Positions 33,201 through 40,867 of a stretch of DNA of 64,000 bases are shown one piece after another. The notes below the pieces were generated by a model that worked only from the letters and a program-made list of their open reading frames with translations, was not told the DNA's origin and did no database searches. The position numbers and the translations under genes are program-made. This DNA comes from Patescibacteria group bacterium (GTDB lineage: Bacteria > Patescibacteriota > Kazan-3B-28): NCBI GenBank assembly GCA_041649135.1, contig JBAZNQ010000002.1:143702-207701 (forward strand). The letters are read 5' to 3'. Numbering within the stretch: position 1 is the first letter of the stretch; every line of letters begins with the position of its first letter.

Positions 33201-35126
33201 CGGAATCTGGGGTGCGAGCAGATCGATCGTAGTCATTGCATCCCAACTTGCTGGCGGGTCTTCCACATTATTGTTGTTGTCTGTAGCTACTGAATAGAAA
33301 GACCATGTTTCGCCATGTTTTACTGGTACGTTCCAGCTATACGGAGCAGAAGTATCCGGATTACTAGCGTCGCCCCATAATACATAGTTATCACCATCAA
33401 GACTAATATAAAGGGCAACGTCTCTTACACCGCTATTACCATCACTAGCCGTGGCAGTAACTGCTAATTTTGAGTCAAAACATCGGTCTTCAGTTGTACT
33501 ATAAGGGGAATCAGGCTTTACTACTTGTGATTCCGGCGCAGTCTTATCTTCCGATGGCGGAGTGCCACCCGTGGTGTAACCAACCGTCAGGTCATCTAAG
33601 ATTGGTGCAGTTCCGGTCGGATAAATTTTAAGATAAATAGTGTTGCCTCCTAATGGCCAACTACCCAGCACACCCGCTGGCAACAGATCACTCAATTTGG
33701 TGGCAAAGGCTGGAGCATCGGTGTCGGAAGTCTTCCAACTACCAGTAGCAGTATCGTAGTAATACCATGTAGTGCCTCCAGCAGTCAGACCAAACGCGAT
33801 TTTAATTTCGCCAGTATTTAATGCGTGATACGTTGCGGTTACGCTGGTAACAGATCCCACATGTGCTATTCCTGTCGCTGTGACCATTGAAGTATCACTT
33901 GCTACTGCAGTTGCTTTCCAAACATCCGCTGCCCCTCCAACTGTTTCGGCCGAACCAAATAGCAGTACTGTTCCAGTATCCACTAATGCGCCATTCCGGA
34001 TCGGCCCGTTAGTATCAGCAATTGCAGTATGGGAAAGCCAATGGGCGCCATTGTCTAACGTACTCACAATATTAGTAGGGTCACCAGCGGTCGCAACGGC
34101 CGCGAAGGGGATTGACTGGTAGCTTGCGAAATCCATTACTGCTGTGCCAGTACCCATTGCGGCAGAAATATCCGTCCAGTCAGCTGGGTCATTTAAAGTT
34201 CCACCTCCGCCCAAGTTAAGATTGGTAGCATAAATTGAACCGCCCATGCCGCCTACACCTCCGCCCACATACAGCCAGCCCCCGATATACGCCGCAGTTC
34301 GCAAATACTTTGGCGTTCCCGGCAGAGTTGCTTCCGACCAACCCGCTCCGCCGTTGGTGGTATAAGCTAGGTGTCCAGCATTGGCCGCCGCCGCATCGTA
34401 TCCGACCATGATAATCGTATTAGAGCTGGTGCAGATGATATCGGTCGGAGTTGGAACTATCGCAGTCATGACTGCGGTTACTCCCCAGCTCTGTCCTTTA
34501 TCAGACGAAACATAGGTGTGGCCCACATCATCTACGGCATAAGCCTTGGAGTTAGTAGTATCCCAAGTTACCGATACCCAGCCAGTAGCGCCAGCGGCCA
34601 ACGCGATCCCACTCACATTCCAGTTTGCTCCGCTATCGTCTGAATAATATGATGCTGGATTACCGGCCCCATCATCTCCTACGGCGATGAGGTCTGTGTC
34701 AGTAGTCTCGATGATCTGAAGATTATTAGTGACACCCGTAGCGACCGATGACCACGTTGCTCCACCGTCGGTAGATTTATATGCGTCTCCACCATTAGCT
34801 TCCATGGTTGCCCACAGCGTCCCGTCAGACGCATACTCTATGTTTCTAACTGCCAAAGCGGCCGGTAGGCCAGTCCCATATCCAGTTGAAGTCCAAGTGT
34901 CATAGAAATGAGCCACCCCATCGCCGGTTCCGTCGTAGTCAAAAATACTGATGTTCGTGTCTAATAGATAGTCACCAGCGGCATTAAAATCCCATGTTTG
35001 AGTTTCCGCACCCGCACGCGCTACATTTGTTCCCATCCAGCTGATCGGCAGGATACTTTGGATCACTAAAATCACAGCTGTTAAAACTGCCAGTCGCTTG
35101 CGTTGTTCAACTAAAGCTTTGAACAT
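30210..35126 (-). CDS. Giant cell-wall-anchored surface protein (1638 aa) with BNR/Asp-box (S-x-D-x-G-x-T-W) beta-propeller repeats and a C-terminal LPXTG sortase signal
   Basis: Signal peptide; Asp-boxes STDGGATWSS, SDDSGANWNV, SSDKGQSWGV, TTNGGAGWSE and LDNGAHWLS; C-terminus KRLPVTGMNGLQLILLGLTLAAAVALAWV plus a charged tail, which is a canonical LPXTG sorting signal. Confidence 0.8.
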   Translation of the reverse strand: MFKALVEQRKRLAVLTAVILVIQSILPISWMGTNVARAGAETQTWDFNAAGDYLLDTNISIFDYDGTGDGVAHFYDTWTSTGYGTGLPAALAVRNIEYASDGTLWATMEANGGDAYKSTDGGATWSSVATGVTNNLQIIETTDTDLIAVGDDGAGNPASYYSDDSGANWNVSGIALAAGATGWVSVTWDTTNSKAYAVDDVGHTYVSSDKGQSWGVTAVMTAIVPTPTDIICTSSNTIIMVGYDAAAANAGHLAYTTNGGAGWSEATLPGTPKYLRTAAYIGGWLYVGGGVGGMGGSIYATNLNLGGGGTLNDPADWTDISAAMGTGTAVMDFASYQSIPFAAVATAGDPTNIVSTLDNGAHWLSHTAIADTNGPIRNGALVDTGTVLLFGSAETVGGAADVWKATAVASDTSMVTATGIAHVGSVTSVTATYHALNTGEIKIAFGLTAGGTTWYYYDTATGSWKTSDTDAPAFATKLSDLLPAGVLGSWPLGGNTIYLKIYPTGTAPILDDLTVGYTTGGTPPSEDKTAPESQVVKPDSPYSTTEDRCFDSKLAVTATASDGNSGVRDVALYISLDGDNYVLWGDASNPDTSAPYSWNVPVKHGETWSFYSVATDNNNNVEDPPASWDAMTTIDLLAPQIPFNGGTDPRDGQGIYHNYGEPVVIAQPIRIYFSEPIVTNTFRYEFYKSADAQKTPVAGLSVVWSEGDTKIVVSHSGMDYETEYTFDITNATDEAGNQLNSNSCSYPCGALCYQPPQNDAGDHPEPEICRWGGDTSVMLCPDHIKDLQFPAPKKFTFKTQRLISPNLFPRLEVPNGPNGDGSYNTGDEAQFTLTLENLSGDDATNVAAKISIPDELTYVRTDNPGGGTMVPISEGGRVVRLEWRNSSSVPIRYGFPVVVKFTVKINIPYLGNSFNSKLTANIYDNENYTEEPDVPLPCWDSFKIAHDAVVTTSQMTVSPTTVRAGDTVTYSVSLANTGTTLGDIEFSDFVPAYDNSSGQPPIFFGPGPINFKEDSRWTIPPYYDEATQTVRAKASGVLPNSSPLTFSFEAVARGTIEVPTTITNTAYVWDALVSPPEKSEVKVTVDVEEGDPSLPLQIVYYKPALDHPDNNPLKQPIEIGFNRSVLLDDTEHPFTYSLAESGYEFTPAELEDWKPTWSEREGHSNALFTLTPPLDPANQRYGELTPGAVYKVIIKSAFDAEDKSGLKDAPKEWEFTTADPVVRIVSPAVSLVYVVVGQESVPFIVKLVDSLSEEDYLAEENISIGLRAHLGVQERETGSFWNSSKKALGENPHITIAQGSSTATFYYQDTMVSTPNFLTILALEDPNKGWPAGTKLVEVIAGERPLDSLKMGNCSTSVKVGRFSSPINITAQSVDGSTLTLPDKLYFYSSTTTGAFYDLNQNKLPYLLVAQNDENGMPQYLTTDGDQTGVTVYFKDSVTGLVSIAIADNYPQWPDTGLANAAAVMSVYKALDEEELLEELEEVEDDTGRIIDRVEIKPSETTLLPNGKQVFKAIGYDTDGKVIETLKFKWHVLIEKSGTIDLNGTNGDSSTSTFVAGKNLGTYYDDVLVATLYNGKIGYTVAIVKIADVVNYHGPKRLPVTGMNGLQLILLGLTLAAAVALAWVEHYDKTHFSKENMG

Positions 35127-35325
35127 AGGTTTGGTGTTTGGTTTTTAATTTTTGGTTTTCCAGCTATGACAACTGGGGGAAGAACGAAAACTTATTAAGT
35201 TATTGTACTACAAAATTGCTAAAATGTCAATGGTAGCACTAGTGCCACTCTTTTATTGGAGTTGGGCTGGTTAAAGCTGCCACCTAACAGTAAAATAAAA
35301 ACAGCTACTATCTTTTTATATTGTC

Positions 35326-38300
35326 TTGTCTGGGGTGAAAAAAATTACTCAATCTGTTAAAACTACTAAACCGGTGTCGTTACTGCCGAATGTTTTGCTG
35401 TTGCCAGCGCCACATCACCGGAAATGGGGCTGGCTGATCTGGACGATCATCTTGCTCGGGCTTTTACTAGGCTCGATTTGGCTACTGCGTGGGTGTAAAA
35501 CCACTGTCGTTTCTGCCGTGCAGGCCGAAGCTTTGCAGGCACATTATGGTAAATTTGATTTGCTTGACGGCGGGCCCAGTTTGACTGGTGGTCCATATAA
35601 TCTCTTGGCCCAAGGGTTACATTATTACCATGAGGTCATGCCAGATGGTCGAATTTTATTTGTTTCCGACCTGACCAACCGGCTTGATACCAGCCAAACC
35701 GATTCTGCTGCTGATCCGGCAGAGATCGCTCAACAAGTATTTATCTTCGACCCGGCTGTAAATAAATTTCAAGATTCTCCAGTATCGCTGAATGACAAAT
35801 ATGATCTCGATACCAATTTACTGATCAAATCCGGTCAGCTGGCCGTGTTCGATCTCGACCCAACTGAACTGCGCAATGCTAGTGGCAATCTTTTTAATAC
35901 CGGACCGGGGGGCGTAAATCCAAAACTGGCACTTTACGATTCACTAACCGGCGAAAAGACTGATATCAAGCCAGAGGGCGAAGACCTCGCCTCTACTCAT
36001 TTCGGTCAGCACCCCTATATTTTTGAACTTTCAGACGGTATTCTCATCGGTGCTGTCGAATATTCCCAAATCGGTAACTATGCCGCCAAGCAAACTACGG
36101 CCGTTACTTTCTTCTACGACTATCACACCCAAAAACTCACCAAGCAAGTCGGTTCGATCGGCTTACCTGACACAGATTATTACACTAGTCAACCAGTAGT
36201 GAAATTGACCGACGATCAAAGTCTAATTTTAAGCGGTGCTGATCTTTATTTGTTAGATCACAAAACCAAAACGGCTGTTTTTAAACGTCGGTTAACTGCT
36301 TATCAAAGCAACGAAATCATTTCGGCTCAAATCATCCCCAATACAACTCTGGTTTGGATCATCGCCTCTAATTCTCAAACCATCACGGCTGATTCAATTA
36401 TTTATTTATATAATTTTGAAACTAATAATTTATATTCTCACCGCTTGGGCAACCTGCCGTTAAAACAGGGGACTGTGGCGAGCGAGTACATCCCCGGCCA
36501 AAGTAGCGGCATCCCTCGTGAATCAGACGAACCAGCCGACTCCAACCAACCGGCTACCATTAATGAAGCTGAAACCAATCTTTATCACCTTCAGCCATTG
36601 CGTGATGGGACAGTTCTTATCACCGGCAGCCGTTATTATGATTTGCCATGGAGTTTTGGTCTGACTACATTATTGAAAAATCAATGGCTCGACCGAGCTG
36701 ACCAAGCAACCACCGCCGACATTGATCCCGCCAATAACTACGCTGCCCAACTTGCTGCCAATTTAGCAGACAGCAGCTCGGCCTACAATTGTACGATCCA
36801 AGATTCGATCTTATTGTCAGACGGTCGGGTACTGTTTGCCGGTTGTCGGTGGTTCACCTACACTCCCGCCGCTTCTAAAACATCCACTCAAACTAATAAC
36901 GCCAATACTTTTGCCAGCCAATTAGGTCAAGTTGGTCATTGGACTGACGGCGGGAAATTGCTAGTGGGCGATGCCGAAAAAACAACTAATGATGAGGAAT
37001 ATAGTTTAGTTACTGATGCCAATCCCAAGTTCGGTATCCCATATGCTCTTCCAAATGGCAAAGTCCTGTTTGTTAATCCGGTTTTGGAGAAGCAACAAAA
37101 CGAGTGGGTTAATACTGATGTATTTGGCCAAGTCTACGATCCGGCTACCAGTCGCAGCCAATGGGTAACATCGTCAAACATCATCGGCAAAAAAGTCCCT
37201 TACACTAATGGCGTTACTGACAGCAAAGGCAACGTCCATTTCTTTGACACTCTCAAAGATGAGGAACTCATTTATTACGCCAACAGCGATCAGTTAGTTT
37301 TGCGTTCTCTCGTTGGCCAAGACTATGGTGACGGTGTGTATAAACCTGATTCTGCGACTGCCTTTGCTGGCCTGCCGGTAGCAGTCGATGACAAGATCTT
37401 TTTCTTTGATGGTCAAACTGTCGTGGTGTTCAATATCAAAAACGGACAATACTCCGACATCGAGAAACAGCGCGAAGCCGCTTGGTTGGAGAAACATCCC
37501 AAAGATAATGTTTCACAAGAGGTGATGGACGAACTTAATTCTGGACTCCCGATCTTTGATGCTACCTGTACTGTCAGCGATCCAACTGCTCGGTCGAAAA
37601 ATCTTTTTGGTGGTGTGTCATCGGGTAGCAAAGAGGTTTTATGCGGGGTGGAAAGCGCTCTTTATTTGGGCAACCACCGCATTCTACTTGCCGGCGGTAA
37701 TCAATTAAAAATTTATAATTATCAATCCACCAAAACCGAAGCTTTGCCAGACTTGGAGAACATACTTAATATTCGTCAGCTGTTCCGAATGTCCGATGGA
37801 CGGGTGGCGCTGGTTGGTCAAGCCACTCTTCCTAACGGCGAAACTCTGCGTTCCGGCCAACCCGATACCGTTAAAACTCAAGTCATTGAAATTCTAAACA
37901 TCAACACCCAAACTGTTAGTGATCCGATCACTAACCCTCATTTCCCGATGGGTGGAACTATGGACATTAGCTACGACGTTTGGAGTTTGCCCAACGATCG
38001 GCTCTTGTTTGCTGCCCAACTCGGCACTCGCTTATCACTATATGATCTACAACGACATTGTTGGCTAAATCCGCCGGAAGCCTTGGTTAATCTTGGCTAC
38101 GCTAACAATGATTTAATTACGCAATTATCTGACCGCCCGACCATTATTAAAATTGCTACCAAACTAAGCTACGTCGACTATACCAAAGAAACTTTGGCCA
38201 CAGACACCACTAGCCAAAGTGATGTTACAGTTTTACCAGCCGACGCCGTCGAGCTGTTCATCCCCGAAACTGGCCCGTGGGGGTATTACGACTCAACGGT

Positions 38301-38415
38301 TTTTCGCATGAGTTGGTGGCTCTGGTTTTTGACTCTCCAACTGGTCCAAGCTTTTGCCGGCGGTGCTGTAATTATTGCTAAAAAACTTCGTCGCCGTTTT
38401 ATCATCCCGCTCTAG
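35326..38415 (+). CDS. Large (1029 aa) membrane protein with N- and C-terminal TM anchors and a beta-rich extracytoplasmic region; hypothetical
   Basis: TTG or GTG start (no ATG near the 5' end); TM segments at WGWLIWTIILLGLLLGSIWLL and WWLWFLTLQLVQAFAGGAVIIA. Confidence 0.65.
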   Translation: MSGVKKITQSVKTTKPVSLLPNVLLLPAPHHRKWGWLIWTIILLGLLLGSIWLLRGCKTTVVSAVQAEALQAHYGKFDLLDGGPSLTGGPYNLLAQGLHYYHEVMPDGRILFVSDLTNRLDTSQTDSAADPAEIAQQVFIFDPAVNKFQDSPVSLNDKYDLDTNLLIKSGQLAVFDLDPTELRNASGNLFNTGPGGVNPKLALYDSLTGEKTDIKPEGEDLASTHFGQHPYIFELSDGILIGAVEYSQIGNYAAKQTTAVTFFYDYHTQKLTKQVGSIGLPDTDYYTSQPVVKLTDDQSLILSGADLYLLDHKTKTAVFKRRLTAYQSNEIISAQIIPNTTLVWIIASNSQTITADSIIYLYNFETNNLYSHRLGNLPLKQGTVASEYIPGQSSGIPRESDEPADSNQPATINEAETNLYHLQPLRDGTVLITGSRYYDLPWSFGLTTLLKNQWLDRADQATTADIDPANNYAAQLAANLADSSSAYNCTIQDSILLSDGRVLFAGCRWFTYTPAASKTSTQTNNANTFASQLGQVGHWTDGGKLLVGDAEKTTNDEEYSLVTDANPKFGIPYALPNGKVLFVNPVLEKQQNEWVNTDVFGQVYDPATSRSQWVTSSNIIGKKVPYTNGVTDSKGNVHFFDTLKDEELIYYANSDQLVLRSLVGQDYGDGVYKPDSATAFAGLPVAVDDKIFFFDGQTVVVFNIKNGQYSDIEKQREAAWLEKHPKDNVSQEVMDELNSGLPIFDATCTVSDPTARSKNLFGGVSSGSKEVLCGVESALYLGNHRILLAGGNQLKIYNYQSTKTEALPDLENILNIRQLFRMSDGRVALVGQATLPNGETLRSGQPDTVKTQVIEILNINTQTVSDPITNPHFPMGGTMDISYDVWSLPNDRLLFAAQLGTRLSLYDLQRHCWLNPPEALVNLGYANNDLITQLSDRPTIIKIATKLSYVDYTKETLATDTTSQSDVTVLPADAVELFIPETGPWGYYDSTVFRMSWWLWFLTLQLVQAFAGGAVIIAKKLRRRFIIPL

Positions 38416-38600
38416 GACTTGATTTTTCCCTCTTGGACAGGTAGAATTGCCCCGTTATCCTCAACTGGGGTCCCCGCGAGAATCTAATCCCGACGAATGG
38501 AGGGATGAGGCTCGTGGGGAGAGGAGAAACTCTATCGAATCAAAAGCGCCGATTCCAATTTATTTGGGAGCCAGCGTAAAATGAGATGAGTTTCGACGAA

Positions 38601-38970
38601 GGGGCTGTCTAGCTTCGACGGGGAACCTTGATTTCTAGATATTGCATGTCGTTTGCGCTCGAGAAACGTAAAATAACGAGCAAACTTACAAATGCCAACG
38701 CATTTGGCGGTCGTCTTCAGACCGCAACCGCAGTAGCCTAATTGTTACTGCCATCGTCATCTGACTCGCTTAACGGCCGGAACCGACGGTGTAACTTTAG
38801 TTAAGCTGCTGCAATTACGGTCGCTGTAATTGTTTAAGACTAAAGCGGCTTGCCTTGCTGTTGCTTTGTTGGCTTGAGGATAGCAGGGGACACCAATCAA
38901 ACCAACTACACATGTAGTAATGTCTAGACGTCGTTTCTCGGACGGGGGTGCGAATCCCCCCAGCTCCACC
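38601..38970 (+). ncRNA. ssrA: tmRNA (transfer-messenger RNA, SsrA)
   Basis: 5' end GGGGCTGTCTAGCTTCGACGGGG matches the E. coli GGGGCUGAUUCUGGAUUCGACGGG. 3' end GGACGGGGGTGCGAATCCCCCAGCTCCACCA matches the E. coli GGACGCGGGUUCAACUCCCGCCAGCUCCACCA. An internal tag reading frame ends ..AFGGRLQTATAVA followed by TAA. smpB is located 1 kb downstream. Confidence 0.8.
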
Positions 38971-38989
38971 AACCTTCGCCTCCTTAATT

Positions 38990-39180
38990 TGGAGTTTTAT
39001 ATAAAATAAAAAGCGAAGGTTGCCCTCCGTAGCTCGTCAGAGCGAAGGACGGGCAGGCTACGGTTGGCTGCGCCGCTTAAGGTGTGCTGATGGCACAGAT
39101 TTTAAATACAGAAAAACAGCGAAGGTTGCCCTTCGAAGCTCTCGACCTTCGTAGCTTTAGCGAAGTAGGTTTGAGCGTAG
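38990..39180. repeat. Repeats of the AGCGAAGGTTGCCCTYCGWAGCTC / CCTCCGTAGCTCGTCAGAGCGAAGGACGG module immediately 3' of the tmRNA
   Basis: Two direct copies of agcgaaggttgccctNcgNagctc plus cgaccttcgtagctttagcgaagtagg; related modules occur at 4700-4770 and 29065-29105. Confidence 0.4.
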
Positions 39181-39198
39181 TAGGGCTATAATCAAATT

Positions 39199-39441
39199 AT
39201 GTATTATGTCTATCTATTGCGTAGTCATAAAGACAAGCGACAAAATTACATTGGCAGTACGGCAGATTTGAGAACTCGACTCGTGGCACATAATGCAGGT
39301 CAATCTCCACACACCAGCAAATTCAAACCCTGGGGCGTCATTTGCTACATCGCCTTCAAGACTAAAGTTCAAGCTGAGAAATTCGAGACCTATCTTAAGG
39401 CCGGTTCCGGCAAAGCATTCGCCAACAAGCATTTGTTCTAA
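39199..39441 (+). CDS. Stand-alone GIY-YIG nuclease-domain protein (80 aa)
   Basis: MYYVYLLRSHKDKRQNYIGSTADLRTRLVAHNAG gives the GIY-YIG signature (YVYLL...YIGST.DL..RL..HN). Confidence 0.7.
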   Translation: MYYVYLLRSHKDKRQNYIGSTADLRTRLVAHNAGQSPHTSKFKPWGVICYIAFKTKVQAEKFETYLKAGSGKAFANKHLF

Positions 39442-39545
39442 ATCTCCTTTGTGGGACTGGTTTTTTATTTGACAGCAAGGTGCAGTTGGAATATAATGTG
39501 CCCATCACGGGGGCTCTGATGCCCCTTACTTTGGAGGTGGTGCAA

Positions 39546-39968
39546 ATGATGAGTCGTATCACTGCCGCCGAGATTTTTACCCACCCAGAAGACCTTTGTC
39601 TCATCGTCTTTCAGCCGAAGGGACAACAAAAATGGGGGGTACAAATAGCACGCGGCAAGGGACACAATTACAAGATGATGCTGGATAACGGCATCGATCA
39701 GCCACCCCACTGGGACAGTCGTCAGGCTGCCGTGGATGGCATCTGTGAAATACTTTCCTTCGCCGTTGAGGCAGCGACAAAGGAAATGCAGGAACCCTCT
39801 TCTCTTTTGGCAGCGGTGTCTAATCCCAAAGGCCTGAAAGAGGAAGAGATGTGGAACTGCCTCAAAGCCGAGGACATCCAAGAAATTAAGGAGCGGTTTA
39901 CCAAAGCGGATGCAGTAGATACCTCCAAGGTTCCACTCACACGCCTTGCAACGGCAACCACTTCCTAA
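39546..39968 (+). CDS. Hypothetical protein (140 aa), GC-rich
   Basis: GGAGGTGG RBS upstream of the ATG at 39546; no family recognised. The overlapping minus-strand ORF 39465..39881 is the alternative reading. Confidence 0.35.
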   Translation: MMSRITAAEIFTHPEDLCLIVFQPKGQQKWGVQIARGKGHNYKMMLDNGIDQPPHWDSRQAAVDGICEILSFAVEAATKEMQEPSSLLAAVSNPKGLKEEEMWNCLKAEDIQEIKERFTKADAVDTSKVPLTRLATATTS

Positions 39969-40041
39969 TCCCTTATGTCGCCGTCATTCAAGCAGGCTCT
40001 GGAGTCCAACTCCATCCTGTTTTTTCTTTATCCAAATTCTG

Positions 40042-40518
40042 CTACCGCTTCACTCTCATCTTCCGAGCAATTTCTCGCTCGGTTTCTTTGCGTTTTAGAC
40101 TTTCTCGTTTATCAAACTTTTTCTTTCCCTTAGCCAGCGCCAGCTCTACTTTGATGTGATTACGGGTGCTGTAAATTTTGGTCGGGATTAAACTCAAACC
40201 CTGTTCTTGAAGTTTGCTAGTTAACTGAATCAGTTCTTTTTTATGTAATAAAAGTTTGCGTGGTCGAGTCGGTTCGTAACTTTGTTGTTTCGTTGACCAA
40301 CCCGCAGAGCTACGCCCAGTACTGCTGGCGGGGGAGTAGGGAGCAATATGCAGTTTATGTAGCCACGCCTCGCCACCGACAATTTTGACATAACTATCGG
40401 CCAAGTTGGCTTGTCCAGCTCTAACTGACTTTACTTCGCCACCGCTCAATACCAACCCCGCCTCAAAAGTTTCGAGGAGGTGATAGTTAAAATACGCTTG
40501 CCGGTTTAAAATTGTCAT
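40042..40518 (-). CDS. smpB: SsrA-binding protein SmpB
   Basis: FEAGLVLSGGEVKSVRAGQANLADSYV, PTRPRKLLLHKKEL and KVELALAKGKKKFDKRE align with SmpB. There is a roughly 10-aa Ser/Gly-rich insertion (SPASSTGRSSAGWSTKQQ) relative to E. coli SmpB. Confidence 0.85.
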   Translation of the reverse strand: MTILNRQAYFNYHLLETFEAGLVLSGGEVKSVRAGQANLADSYVKIVGGEAWLHKLHIAPYSPASSTGRSSAGWSTKQQSYEPTRPRKLLLHKKELIQLTSKLQEQGLSLIPTKIYSTRNHIKVELALAKGKKKFDKRESLKRKETEREIARKMRVKR

Positions 40519-40777
40519 TTCTATGATTATCTCCTATCTTGGTCATTGGAGCGAGGTCATCTTCTTTCACACCTTCGCCATTGGAGTCCGAACGTCCTGT
40601 CGCAATAAAATTAGCGCTGGCGAAGCTGTTGTTTGAGGTCGCCATAGGCGACCGAGTTCAGCGAGAGCGAAGAAAGCTAATTTTATTAGCGACAGAGTAA
40701 GGACGACTGGCGGGCGACTTTGGTTACTTTCCTCAAGCGGAAAGTAACAATTGCTGAAGCGCAATTTGACGCTTCAA

Positions 40778-40833
40778 AACAAAAAAGAAACACTTTCTGT
40801 TTCTATCTGGATTCCCGCCTGCGCGGGAATGAC
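40778..40833. repeat. Partial MITE/REP-like element (internal palindrome plus right hairpin)
   Basis: AAAAAAGAAACACTTTCTGTTTCTATCTGGATTCCCGCCTGCGCGGGAATGACG. Confidence 0.5.
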
Positions 40834-40867
40834 GAAAAATAAAAAGAAAAAATGCTACCCGCAGGGA

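Noticed and set aside
39465-39881. Minus-strand ORF 39465..39881 as the real gene instead of the + strand 39546..39968
   Set aside because: The + strand ORF has a GGAGGTGG RBS at correct spacing and is co-oriented with the GIY-YIG gene; the minus ORF has no RBS. Confidence in either is low.
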